A DNA stretch of 64,000 nt. It comes from Octopus bimaculoides (taxonomy: Eukaryota). A model generated the notes under the pieces. The model was not told the origin of the DNA and did no database searches. It worked only from the letters and a program-made list of their open reading frames with translations. Where the stretch lies: the NCBI RefSeq assembly GCF_001194135.2, contig NC_068996.1:8852112-8916111 (forward strand), given 5' to 3'. The translations under genes were made by a program, and so were the position numbers. Shown here piece after piece: positions 24,708 to 38,272 of the stretch (positions are counted from its first letter, which is position 1; the number at the start of each line of letters is the position of its first letter).

Positions 24708-25268
24708 CAAAGGCGTAGCCAGGTTTTAAAATTAGGGAGAGAACGACCAAATAAAACAAAAAAGACGCCGTTGTTCATACCAAATAATTTAAAACTCATT
24801 TTTGTTATATATTATGCGAAATATTTCATTGGTTATAATATAAGTAATTGTATTCAACATTCATTAATTTCATGTTTCAGTGACGATGACATTACGTATG
24901 AAACTTACAACTGTTGATACAAGTGGGAGGTGAAAAAAAAAAATGATGAAATTCCACGGATCGCCCAGTATCCAGAGGTTATGACGTCAAGGTTTGTTTT
25001 GGTTCTTCAGATGTCAAATGACACCAACACATCATAAGAGATTGAGTAGACAGTTCAAAACTATGGGAGGAGGGTAGTCAAATAAAGTAATAATTCCAGC
25101 AAATTTTTCCAAGGCTTTTGCGATTAACGAAAAAGAAACGATTCGACTTTTATGGCACAAGTGAATTAAAAAAAATTAAAAAAAGAATTGTTGAAAAGGC
25201 GCCAACTTTGAAAAATGTGCTTGGCGGGAGTGTTCGTACCCCTTGTTCTCCTATTAGCTACGTCATTG
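24708..25268. mobile_element. hAT-type MITE
   Basis: TIRs caaaggcgtagcca / tagctacgtcattg; degenerate 8-bp TSD cgtggtcc / cgtaatcc. Confidence 0.65.
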
Positions 25269-25404
25269 CGTAATCCTTCGAGCTTTGTAAGGGGGACAGT
25301 AATTTCAAATAAGAACTGACTTGGACTGATGCGACCCGTTCAAGCGACATTAGCTGAGAAAATGGACATAAAATAATAGTGATAACACGCACGCGCGCGC
25401 ACGA

Positions 25405-25830
25405 CGGGCTTCTTTCAGTTTCCGTCTATCAAATCCACTCACAACGTCCAAGGCTATAGTAGAAACACTTGCCCAAGCTACCACGCAGTGAGACTGAAAC
25501 CGGAACGATGTGGCCGGGAACCAAACTTCTTACCACTCAGCCAGATATATATACACACACATACACTCACCCATATTTAATCCTTAATCGTTAGTCCGAC
25601 AAAATATATTCCCTTTCGCCTGTTGACTCGTCGGGAGGCATAAGCGAAACTATATTTTGACGGACTAGCGATCATGAATTAAAAAATTCTTATTCTTGCG
25701 GTTCGGCAAAACAGACCGATAGAATAAGTACTAGGCTTCCAAAGAATAAGTCCTGGGGGTCGATTTGCTCGACTAAAGGCGGTGCTCCAGCATGGCCGCA
25801 GTCAAAAGACTGAAACAAGTAAAAAGAGTA
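25405..25830. mobile_element. SINE family A fragments (head on - at 25405-25545; tail on + at 25688-25830)
   Basis: Matches to the respective halves of 61464-61862. Confidence 0.8.
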
Positions 25831-26189
25831 TTCATTCTTAGACTTATCTTTGAATACTTTATTTCTAGTGGCCAGACATAGCTTCTTTTTGAACTTGTCA
25901 TCTCTAGAACATTGGCTCACAACCATTTTTTTTTCTTTACCTATGGATCCTTTCGATTCCTATTTTACCCAGGTGTATCCTCACAGCCATTTAATACTTT
26001 TTAAAAAATCCTGTCATACTTGAATAATATTACAAGGAATTGTGTTCAAAAACAATTGTTAAAATATTTTGCGTATCGTAGAAGTAAAACCAATTTTATT
26101 GCATCTGAACTTTAACAAAAAAAATCTTATAAAGACCTCCCCTCTCCCCAGGGTCATATGGACCCCGGCTGAGAAACACTGCCCTAAGG

Positions 26190-26240
<51 letters not shown>

Positions 26241-26914
26241 ATCTTTTCCAATACATACGAATGGCAATGGAGACAGATGTACTCATCAACACAGAAAAGA
26301 AAGAGTGAAGGAGAGATAAAGAAAAGGTAAGACCGAGATACCCATACACACACACACACATTGTGTACAATAGAATACAAACATATATATATATACATAC
26401 ACATGTACGCATGCACACACGCACACGCTACAAACACTTTGACAGACACGAACACATGGGTGTACACACACACACATACGCACAAACAAATACATACACA
26501 CGCACACCTACACACAAACTCGACACTTTCACACCGTATTACAAGGTAGACACACAGTGCATACATCCACAATGAATACACACCGACACCCGAGGATTTT
26601 TTTTTACCCTTTTCCACCACCCAACTCCTCATCTCTCCTCTACCCAACATAATACCTCCCTCCCCTCACCTTGGCTACTTAAGTCTTCTCTCTTTTCCTT
26701 CTTTCTGTCTATCATTCACTTAACACGCCGACCCCTCCCGATCTTTCCTCGCCATCGTCACCCAACTCTTCTTTTCGTCTCCACAAACTCTCTCTCTCTC
26801 TCTCTCTCCCACTTTCTTGCTATATCTTTCACTCACTCATCATTATTACCCTTTCTATTTTCACCATGCTTCACTCCCTCCCTTTCTGTCAATCAAACAC
26901 CTATCACTATTAAA

Positions 26915-26946
<32 letters not shown>

Positions 26947-27329
26947 ACTTTTTCTTTCGTTTTCTCACTTTGTCTTTCTGTGTATCTATTTCCCCATTCT
27001 TGCACACACAGATGCACATACATACACAAGTACGTATAGACATAAACACACACACACACATATATANNNNNNNNNNNNNNNNNNNNNNNNNNNNNNNNNN
27101 NNNNNNNNNNNNNNNNNNNNNNNNNNNNNNNNNNNNNNNNNNNTATATATATATAAACACACAAATGTACACGCATATACACCTACATATTTACGTGGAC
27201 ACACGTACACATAGCTACACACACACATACACACACAAAACATACATGTACACGCGGATACTCTCTCACTTTCTCTGTGTGTGTGTCTGTGTATATATAT
27301 CTCTCTCTCTTTCTCTTACTCTCTCATAG

Positions 27330-28170
27330 GCGCGCGCGAGCGAGCTATGATTCTTTTTTTTTTTTTTTCTCATTTTCACTCACTCACTTACTCACTCCCT
27401 CACTCACTGGCTCACTTACTCACTCGCTCTGTCTCTCTCACTCTATCTATCAATGCCACCTCCCTTCCACCACCACCACCACCGCCACTGTCGCCACCTC
27501 CGCCACCGCCGCTGATAGGTAGGTGTGTCCAGGGAATCACCCGGATGTTGGGCGTGGTATATGGAGTATTAACATGGCGGATGGAGTGAAAGACAGTCTC
27601 TCCGTAGTTAGTACTCTAGTCTCAGAAACAGACGGACTTATTATTATTATTATTATTGTTATTGTTGCCACATTCTTGTTTGTTTGTTATTGTTTTGACT
27701 ACTACAACTACAACAACAACAACAACTGCCACAACTACTGTTATAACTACGATTGTTGTTGTTGCTGCGGTTCCCGTTGTTGTCCTTCTTACTATTATTA
27801 CCATTATTATTACCGTTGTTATTACCAACATCATCGTCGCGGACATCGCCGTTGCGGTAGTGGTTGTGGTTGTAGTGGTGGTTGTTGTCGTTGTCGTTGT
27901 TGTTATTGTTGTTGTTACCGGTCGCGATTCACGAGAGATTCACAACTTATTAATACTGTTGCTAACATCGCCGCCGCCGCCGTAGTCATTGCCGCCGCAA
28001 CCATCAGCACCAGCATTGTCAACATCATCATCATCACCATCGTCAACAACAACAACAGGAGCAACATCGTATTTGCTGCCGACGCCACCGCCCACCGACC
28101 AACACTCTCAAACTTACAGTTCGCAGGGGTGAGCAAATTTTTTTCAAAATTTCATTTATTTATTTAATAT
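27330..28170. promoter_or_regulatory. CpG- and triplet-rich region resembling a gene 5' end
   Basis: Local GC/CpG rise, (CCA)/(GCC)/(TTG) tracts, aacATGGCG at 27572-27580, donor-like ATAG|gtaggt (+, 27519) and gtgagt/gtaagt (-, ~27425). Confidence 0.3.
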
Positions 28171-28617
28171 CATTGTTGATATTATTAACGCTATAATTAC
28201 TGTTTCTTATAGTTGTTGTTGTACGTGTTGTTTAATTTTCTTAATTAATTTTGAAAATTTTCATTCACATTGCTTATTCTTCTCTGTCTGTCTCTATTTC
28301 AATTTTGAATATGCCGGCGGCGAGGGTGTATTCGTAGATTATTACTAATGTTGTTGTTTATATTGATTTTCTTTCTTTACTGAGAGAGCAATAAACAAAA
28401 CAAAACTCATATTCTCCAAGTATGCACACATGTGCAAACCAATGTGTGTGTGTGTGTATTGCTATATGTGTGTGGCTACATGTATATGTGACAAACAGGT
28501 ATACATGTATTTGTAAAACTGTATAGACATTCTCTTATATGTATGTATATATAAATAGGTAGATAGACACTACATGCCCCTAAATACTCGGATGAAAATG
28601 CACATACAGGCACTTTC

Positions 28618-28696
<79 letters not shown>

Positions 28697-29834
28697 CACA
28701 CACACACAGACGCATTCTCAAACACACAGGAGCGCGTAAAGTATATAGTGATATTTTTTTTCTATCATACCCCTAACAACACACGCGCACACACACAGAC
28801 AAAAACACACACACACTGTACACATGTACCCCACAATCTGTTGTAAATATATAGCAATCACAGCAACATGCAGCCACATCCACGAAATTACCTTTCAAAA
28901 TACCACGCATTCACCTTACACGCCGACCGACTCCCATATATATATACATATATATTTATATATACATATATATATATACATGTATGTACATACTTGCACA
29001 CATGTATATGTATATACGCGCGCGCGCAACACACCCACACCGTGGGACGACTGGGTGCCTTCCATTGTGTCTTCTCGTTAATTCTTATCTACCTTATAGG
29101 TTTTGTGTGTGTGTGTGTGTATTAATTATATCAGAGTCAATATTTTTGTTTATCTTTCAGATGCATAAACGATATTCTTACTCCTGTTCTTATTAAACAT
29201 TGTTATTGTTGTTGTTGTTAGTATTGATACCGATAATGTTTATGATGATGATGATACTTGGTTGCTTTTTGCTCACTCTCCGTATTATATAGTATAGGCG
29301 CGACCCTTCTCGGTCTTTTTTTAATTTTAACCTTTACAAGATAAAACACACACACACACACACACATGCACACACCCATCTCTTTGAGTTTCGTTATATC
29401 TGTTGGTATATGTAATATTTAGAGACAACGTACATATATATAAATGTATGTGAATGTGTAAGCATTTGTGTATGTGTGTGTGTGTTTGTGTGATATGTAC
29501 GAGTTTCGTTAAGCCTTGCTTATTGAGACATATGTTTTCACATGTCCAGATACGACGTACACAAACTTGTTCGGCGGTGTGTTTATGAGAGTGAGCTTGT
29601 GTGTGGGTGTGATTATAGTATGTGCATGTAAGTGCGTGCATATATACATAGGTATGTATATATGTATGTATATATGTATGTATGTATGACTTTGTGCATT
29701 CACGTGTGTGTGTGTGTAAACATGAATTTATATATGAATATGTGTATATGACGTGCATATATATATACATATATTTATATATATGCATATATATGTACAT
29801 GTATGTACATACCTTCATCTACATGTACATATAG

Positions 29835-29879
<45 letters not shown>

Positions 29880-30751
29880 NNNNNNNNNNNNNNNNNNNNN
29901 NNNNNNNNNNNNNNNNNNNNNNNNNNNNNNNNNNNNNNNNNNNNNNNNNNNNNNNNNNNNNNNNNNNNNNNNNNNNNNNNNNNNNNNNNNNNNNNNNNNN
30001 NNNNNNNNNNNNNNNNNNNNNNNNNNNNNNNNNNNNNNNNNNNNNNNNNNNNNNNNNNNNNNNNNNNNNNNNNNNNNNNNNNNNNNNNNNNNNNNNNNNN
30101 NNNNNNNNNNNNNNNNNNNNNNNNNNNNNNNNNNNNNNNNNNNNNNNNNNNNNNNNNNNNNNNNNNNNNNNNNNNNNNNNNNNNNNNNNNNNNNNNNNNN
30201 NNNNNNNNNNNNNNNNNNNNNNNNNNNNNNNNNNNNNNNNNNNNNNNNNNNNNNNNNNNNNNNNNNNNNNNNNNNNNNNNNNNNNNNNNNNNNNNNNNNN
30301 NNNNNNNNNNNNNNNNNNNNNNNNNNNNNNNNNNNNNNNNNNNNNNNNNNNNNNNNNNNNNNNNNNNNNNNNNNNNNNNNNNNNNNNNNNNNNNNNNNNN
30401 NNNNNNNNNNNNNNNNNNNNNNNNNNNNNNNNNNNNNNNNNNNNNNNNNNNNNNNNNNNNNNNNNNNNNNNNNNNNNNNNNNNNNNNNNNNNNNNNNNNN
30501 NNNNNNNNNCTCTTTCCACCTACACCCCAATTATCCCCCCCTCCGCCATATATTATACAAAATAGCCACGTACCTCTTCTTCTGTAACCAATCTATTCCT
30601 GTCCCATTTATCATTACACCAAGCGTCTCCTTCTCAATTATTCTCCCACTTGGTCAAAAGGCTTCTTTAGTCTTGTCACTTACATGGTGACCTCACTGGT
30701 GCTGGTGCCAAGAAAATTAAAAAGAAGGGATTAGTACACTCNNNNNNNNNN

Positions 30752-30794
<43 letters not shown>

Positions 30795-31332
30795 CTCCTC
30801 CCCGAACTCTCATTTTACCCCCTCCCCCTAATTGTTTTATTCTGTTGCTCTTCAACCATTCTGTACTGCCTGTCATCACTTCCTCTCTTCTGAGCCACTG
30901 GTGCTTGACATACACCTCACCTTCCTGCATTATCAACCATGCCTCCACTTTTACTAGCTATTCACCCTTAGCCTATCTTTATCACCTCTCACTCCCCCGC
31001 CCCCCACTCTTGCAAGCTTTACCCACCCATCTTCATATTTTTCTGTCCAATTCTCTCTTCTAGTCACCTGTGCCCTACATTATTACACCTTTCCACTATC
31101 ATTTTTATCTCTCTTTCCACCTACACCCCAATTATCCCCCCCTCCGCCATATATTATACAAAATAGCCACGTACCTCTTCTTCTGTAACCAATCTATTCC
31201 TGTCCCATTTATCATTACACCAAGCGTCTCCTNNNNNNNNNNNNNNNNNNNNNNNNNNNNNNNNNNNNNNNNNNNNNNNNNNNNNNNNNNNNNNNNNNNN
31301 NNNNNNNNNNNNNNNNNNNNNNNNNNNNNNNN

Positions 31333-31500
31333 CCTTGAAACTAATGTTCAGGTCGTTTGGGCAATGCTGGCGGTATATTTTCGACATCGTACAAATGATG
31401 TACCACTCGTGCTGGCGCTGGAGAGAGTAGAGCTTCAAGGCTTTAAGGTGGTCCCAGTAATCGACATCAGTCATGCATTCAATTCGTTTAGTGAGTGCCC
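31333..31500 (-). mobile_element. CR1-clade LINE RT C-terminal fragment
   Basis: DYWDHLKALKLYSLQRQHEWYII...KIYRQHCPNDLNISFK. Confidence 0.75.
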
Positions 31501-31679
31501 TCTGGGGTGATTCAATCCTCGAGATGTTTTATATATATATACACCACATATACACACACATAGGTATACATGTAATTATATCATCATCATCCCTTTTCAT
31601 TCCACTTTTCCTATGCATCAAAAGGCTAAATGTTTCTTTTCAAACACACCATATTTTTTGTTGCATTCTTTTGTCATAT

Positions 31680-32200
31680 CTTATGTGAAGTTCACTGACC
31701 AGAAACAAGCTTCTTACCACTTTTGTCCATGTCTTCCTTGGTTTTTCTCTCTAGCACAGTTTTCTCCTACTTGGATAATCCTGGTATTTCATCACCCATC
31801 CCTCATTCTCCATACACATCACATCTCTGTACCAAAGTAGTCTTTATTCCTACATTCTACAGCTGATTCCTTTCATATCCAGTTTATCTCACAGCTCCTT
31901 CTTAACCACATTTTTCTCAAATATTACCATTACACATACAACAGGGCTTCCATGTTTCATTTGTCCAACCTTTGTACATCCTCTACATTCTGTAGCCATG
32001 TCACACTGCCTTGCAGCATTACATTTCATGCACAAACATTCTATAATCTACCTTTTACTCAAACTTAAGAACCCTCTTGTTTCCAACAGAGATAACTTCC
32101 TTGAAATTTCCCATCCCATCCTTATTCTGGCAGTTATGTTTTCAGGTGTGTTGCCCAAGTAACAGGAACTATCGACTCTTTCTTAAAAGTCTCCTAAGCC
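31680..32200 (-). mobile_element. RTE-clade LINE remnant
   Basis: Decayed KEL*DKLDMKGISCRM*E*RLLWYRDVMCME resembles the RTE LRW.GHV.RM region. Confidence 0.55.
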
Positions 32201-32247
32201 ATGTCAGTGTGTTTGTACATGCATGCACCTCAATGTCTGCCACTATG

Positions 32248-32294
<47 letters not shown>

Positions 32295-34289
32295 TATATA
32301 TATGTAAATAATAAATGAGTATATGCATATATACGTACATGTATGTACATACTTACACCTACCTGTATATAGAGATGCATATCTGGGTACAGGACATTGC
32401 AAACAAAGCGTAGACAAAATGATAAACGAGTACAGAAAACACACAGGCCACATAGAGAACATCTTCATCAGCTGCCCCCATTCTAACACAGGCGTTTCAT
32501 ACATATATATAATTGTTTGTTTTTATGTTCAGTTATAACTGAAACAGTTTTACATTAATCTGATGGATTACTCTATACTTTTCTAGAGTGCAAATTTCTT
32601 ATTCTTGTACAAAAATATTGTAGTCCAATGATTGCTTAGCTGGCCAAAACTTTGAAGCCACTGTCAATATTCTTGTTTAAGAATAATATATATATATAGA
32701 TATATATAATACACAAAAGTGTACAGTCAGATCCATGATGGGAGAGTCCGAAAAGTTCCAGTGGTAATCTGGGTTGAGCATAGGCTTCAAACATCAAAGA
32801 CTTTTCCATTGTTCCCTCATCTGTCTTTGTCTTTTGTTTTCCTTGCTGGCGTGGCTGAATGTTTTGAGAGCAGCTGGCAAACCAGAGAACAGCATCTTGC
32901 TCTATTGTACTTGGGTGCCCTTCCCAACACCAACCTCTTTACAGAGTGTACTGGGTGCTTTTTATGTGGCACCAGCATTAGTTGGGTCACCAAGAATTCC
33001 CCCCGCCCTCAACTGAGTATTGACAGAGATGGTGATGAGGGGTTAAAATATAACAGAGGGAGGGACAGAAACAGGTGTCTTTCAGTAGAGGAGATACTTG
33101 GCTGCCCCAGTTGGAAAAGAGAAAGGAGAAAACGGAAGGGAAAATGATAGGAAATGATGGTAAAGATATATCACTGAGGTGCACCCTCAAATTACAGGGA
33201 AGGGAAAATAAGCGAAGTGGTACAAAAGAGAGAGGGCGGGCAGATGAGTTTGCGAGAGTACAAAAGGAAAGCAGAAGGTAGAAGAGAGGTGAACACTGAG
33301 TGAACAAGGGGAAGGAGTGTTAGGAAGAGATTTGTCAGGGACAGATTGTATGCAGGGGTATAGACATAAATGTCATGCTTTTAGACCCTCATTTTTATAT
33401 AGATGGACAGGTTTTCTCAAGCATAGTAGATCACCAACCACCTTGGTCCTTTGTTATCTGCTCTGTAAGACTCATCATCCTAAAGTCTTTTTTCACCACC
33501 TCTCAGGTCATTCTCGTCTGCAGTTTTCATCCATTTAGTGAATGGACTTCTTTTAGTTTCTGTCTATTATATATATGATGGGCTTCTTTCAGTTTCTGTC
33601 TATCAAATCGACTCGCAAGGCTTTTGTAAAAGACACTTGCCTATGGGTGCCAGGTTAAAAAAGAACAGTTGATAGGAAAAGTCAGAAATGTCCATGAAAC
33701 TCAAACCCACATCTTTTGTAAGCTTGACAGATGATAGTCATGCTTATACCTATTTTAATAATTTGTCTGTGCTTTTTTTTTATTATTATTCCCATGTTTT
33801 ACAAGATTTCAATTTGATGATCAATATGTGTGTGTGTCTAATATATACCATCATCATCATTATTTAAAGCCTGTTTCCCATGCAGGGTTGGCTTGGACGG
33901 TTTAACAGGATTTGAAAAATGTCTCAAGGACTGCATTGTGCTCCAGTGTCTGCTTGTCCATAGTTTCTAAAGCTGGATGCCCTTCCTAATACCAACAACT
34001 TTACAGTGTGTACCGTGTGCTTTTCATATGCCACCAGCACTAGTATGGTTGCCATGCAGCTTTGCAAGACTCTGAAGTCCAAGAGTTAGGAATGCAGCTT
34101 TGTGCAGCAGTACAAAAGGAAGGGTGGGTGGGGCAGCAGTATGAAAGGAAGGGTGGGGCATAACAAGTTTTTGTTGTAGAGGAGCTATGTGGCTACTCAC
34201 GATTAGAAGAAAGGAGGAGAATGATCAGTAAGAGCTGCAAGGAGATTAATAAGGGTCATGGGGTGGTATGCAGGTGGCACCTCAAGGTA

Positions 34290-35386
34290 TGAGGTGAGTA
34301 GAAGTGAGTGAGAACAGAGAAGCTAGGAGTGTGAGTGAGGGAGGGTTTGTAATAGTGTAAGTGGTGAGGGAAAATATAGGAGTATGAAGGAAAGGGGGGA
34401 TAGGTAGGGAACATCTATAAAGACTAAGTAAGCATGAAGGGTGGGTGTGGAGATGGGGGTGATGATGCCCAGTGGTGCAGGAGTTGGGGAAGGTACAAGG
34501 TACAAGGGAACCAGGGAGAATAGTGGAGGGTAGTAAGAGGAATGTTGATACATTTGAGAGGGGTGGAGGAAAGGGAAATGACATGTGGTTGGGTAGGATG
34601 AAGGGGAGAGAGAGAGGCAGGTTTAGTGTATGAGGAGAGGTAATTTGATGGTCAGTGGGGAGGAGAGAGGGGAGGTGGTAAGGNNNNNNNNNNNNNNNNN
34701 NNNNNNNNNNNNNNNNNNNNNNNNNNNNNNNNNNNNNNNNNNNNNNNNNNNNNNNNNNNNNNNNNNNNNNNNNNNNNNNNNNNNNNNNNNNNNNNNNNNN
34801 NNNNNNNNNNNNNNNNNNNNNNNNNNNNNNNNNNNNNNNNNNNNNNNNNNNNNNNNNNNNNNNNNNNNNNNNNNNNNNNNNNNNNNNNNNNNNNNNNNNN
34901 NNNNNNNNNNNNNNNNNNNNNNNNNNNNNNNNNNNNNNNNNNNNNNNNNNNNNNNNNNNNNNNNNNNNNNNNNNNNNNNNNNNNNNNNNNNNNNNNNNNN
35001 NNNNNNNNNNNNNNNNNNNNNNNNNNNNNNNNNNNNNNNNNNNNNNNNNNNNNNNNNNNNNNNNNNNNNNNNNNNNNNNNNNNNNNNNNNNNNNNNNNNN
35101 NNNNNNNNNNNNNNNNNNNNNNNNNNNNNNNNNNNNNNNNNNNNNNNNNNNNNNNNNNNNNNNNNNNNNNNNNNNNNNNNNNNNNNNNNNNNNNNNNNNN
35201 NNNNNNNNNNNNNNNNNNNNNNNNNNNNNNNNNNNNNNNNNNNNNNNNNNNNNNNNNNNNNNNNNNNNNNNNNNNNNNNNNNNNNNNNNNNNNNNNNNNN
35301 NNNNNNNNNNNNNNNNNNNNNNNNNNNNNNNNNNNNNNNNNNNNNNNNNNNNNNNNNNNNNNNNNNNNNNNNNNNNNNNNNNNNNN

Positions 35387-35426
<40 letters not shown>

Positions 35427-36380
35427 TGATCATTATCATCTTTCATATGTAGTGAATGGAGGTAGTGAGAGCATTATGGTGTATGTTGACCAAAATGTCG
35501 TGAAATGCGATGGAAGTATTGGAAATAGTGCAAGAGAACTCTAGGGCAGGATGAAAGGATTGGACAAAAGTGAGGAAGGAGTCTAGTTGTTCACTGGAGA
35601 GTGAGGTCACACTGATTCAGTCATCAATATAATGACCGAATAGTTCAGAACTGGGACCAGTGAATCGTGGGAATATTTGGGCCTTGACATAACGAATAAA
35701 CAGGTTTGCATAGTTGGGGCCCATTCTCATTCTCATGGCCACTCCCGAGACCTGTTGGTAAAAATCTCCTGTGAATAAGAGAATGAGATGCAGTTGAGGG
35801 AAAGAACAAGCTCAGCCAGACGAAGAAGTGCGGGGGTGTCAGGTTGGGGTTTGAGTCAAAGTTCTAGGAAATGTTTAAGTGGAAAAAGTCCTTCACCGTA
35901 TATAGACTCTTGATATCAAGAGTGAAGAGAAGTTTAGAGGGGTCAGGAGAAAGAGTCGAAAAGATGGAGAGCCTGGTTAGTGTCATGAATGTGTGAGGGG
36001 AGGGAAGCTGCTAGTGGGGCAAGGACATGGTCGAGGTATTTTGAGATCAATTCTGTGGGGCAGCCAGGGTTGTGGGGCTTTTGGATTTTGGGAAGGAAAT
36101 AAATGGTGGGGGTGCAAGGAGTGCAGACAATGAGGTTGGAGGTGGTAGGAGGGAGACGGGAGGAGGAGATGTGGTCATGGATAGTGGAGGGCAGAGGGTA
36201 ATAGAAGGAGGTATCTTGAAGTTGGTGGAGAGCTTCAGCCTTGTAGAGGTCTGCGCACCACACCACCACAGCTCCACCCTTCTGAGCCGGTTTTATGATG
36301 ATGTCTTTGTGGCGTCAGAGACATCAAAGGACCGAGAGTTTGGCGAGGTCTGCTACCTGTATACTGAAAGGAAAGTATTT
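34290..36380 (-). mobile_element. Penelope-like retroelement 3, decayed RT
   Basis: IIIKPAQKGGAVVVW, IYFLPKIQKP, SLPSHIHDT, FYQQVSGVAM..MGPNYANLF, HYIDD. CT-rich 3' region at 34290-34680; the middle is in an N gap. Confidence 0.85.
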
Positions 36381-37134
36381 GACCAGTACATACCCCATCC
36401 CCTCATCCTACGGGGGGGAGGGGCACATCTAATATTTCTTCTTCCTTCTATTCTTCTGAATCATGATACTTGAATGGGGAGAGACAGAGAGAGATTGTGT
36501 CATATCTATTACTATCTGATAGAGTCCTCCCCTAATTACCTTTGTGAGCCACCCACCTGCTTCATCATTACCTCCTCCCCTTCAACTCACTTTTTGATTG
36601 ACATCTTTCACTCTCTTGCTGTCACTATCTTCATTATCTGACACGTGTTCATCCTTACTAACATTACCTCCCCTTACTATACCATTGGGATGCCACTACT
36701 TTACTATACCACTAGAGGTCTCTCCCTTTCTCTCTGGTCATGCTTTACAGACATCCATTTCAGTTTCTTATCACTAACCATTCCTACAGCTATCCTAATG
36801 GCAACTCTGTCTCCTTCTTTCTCTTCACCTACAAACAAGTAACTATTTACTGCTATCTCTCCCTTTGTACTCTTCCTTTACTATTCCTCTATTATCTCTC
36901 CTATTTCCTCTTCCTCTTCTCTTATGCCCTCCTATTCTCTCTCTTTCTCTCATCTTAGTTCACCCTCTGTAATCACCCTCTCTCTCTCTCTCTTCTTACC
37001 AATTTAATATAAAATTTTGGGGGTCCAGGTAACGAAATACTAAAATGGGGTCCACAATAGTATTTTAAGGCCCCCCCCCCCTGAAAAAATCTTTTGCTTT
37101 AGATGTATTTAATGGTATGTATTACAAAAAACGT

Positions 37135-37380
37135 GGAGACGTGTGGCTTAGTGGTTAGGGTGTCAGCATCATGATGGTAAGATTGTGGTTTCGATTCCTG
37201 GACCGGGCGACGCGTTGTGTTCTTGAGCAAAACACTTCATTTCACGTTGCTCCAGTCCACTCAGCTGGCAAAAATTAGTAACGCTGCGATGGACTGGTGT
37301 CCCGTCCAGCTGGGGGACACATACGCCATTGAAACCAGGAAACTGGACCCATTAGTTTCACAAGGCTTTAAAAGGACGCA
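37135..37380 (+). mobile_element. tRNA-derived SINE with a V-domain-like central block (family F)
   Basis: A box tggcttagtggttag, B box gtttcgattcc, CORE-like gtgttcttgagcaaaacac, then ctgcgatggactggtgtcccgtccag. Confidence 0.65.
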
Positions 37381-37669
37381 TTTAGTTGTTTTTTTTTATT
37401 ACAAAAAAGAGCTCGGTTTCTTTCTCTAATGTTTTACATAGTTCAACCTACACAAATTAATGTGTGAAAAATGAAATAGAAATTTTGAAAGAAGCATTTA
37501 TAAAAGAGCGAATAGCTATGGCGTTCCACCAGAGTAAAATAGTAATCAAAGGGGTTCATAGATGATAAAAAAAAATGGTTGAGAACCCCTGCTCTAAACA
37601 AATGGAGATAACATAGAGCTGTGAGGATGCTGAGACAAGGCAACCTTACAAGTACTATTATCACAATAA

Positions 37670-37895
37670 GGCAGCAAACTGGCAGAGTTGTCAGTACGCT
37701 GAGCAAACGCTTAGCAGCATTTTGTACATCTTTGCATTCTGAGTTCAAATTCCACTGAGGTTGACTTTGCCTTTCATCCTTTTAGGGTCGATAAAATAAG
37801 TGCCAGTTGAACTCTGGCGGGGTTGATGAAATTGACTTACACCGTCCCACCAAAGTTTCTGGCCTTGTGCCAAAATTTGAAATTTGTATTACAAT
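37670..37895 (+). mobile_element. SINE family B
   Basis: gagttcaaattcc...gactttgcctttcatcc consensus. Confidence 0.8.
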
Positions 37896-38272
37896 AAAGT
37901 GCATTAAGTGCAGTTTGCAAAGTGATGGACGATTAACTGAAAAATCAGAGAATCGGTAGAACCCTTCATCTTGTATTGCAAGGGACAGTACAAGCTCTCC
38001 TGCTGCTGGTGCCATGCAAAAAAAAAAAAAAAATGCACAAAGTAAACACTGTAAAGTGGTTAATATTAGGAAGGGTATATAGCCATGGAAAACACACCAA
38101 AACCAAAATGATTAAATGGAATGTGGTGTGCTGGCTATGATGAAAAGGACAGCAACACAAAACGAGAACTGACTCCAATTGTAATTCTCTGTCCAACCAA
38201 TACCAGCATGGAAATTAAACTTAAAGTGACAATGACTATGATGATGATGAGTGTGTGTGTTAATATTTGTTG

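Noticed and set aside
27523-28167. 214-aa Cys/Tyr/His-rich ORF resembling a metallothionein or keratin-associated protein
   Set aside because: The composition is explained by TTG/TAT/CAT triplet tracts, and all overlapping frames are similarly low-complexity.
32722-32765. Plus-strand mini exon IHDGRVRKVPV
   Set aside because: The sequence resembles the mariner TIR (…gtccgaaaagttcc).
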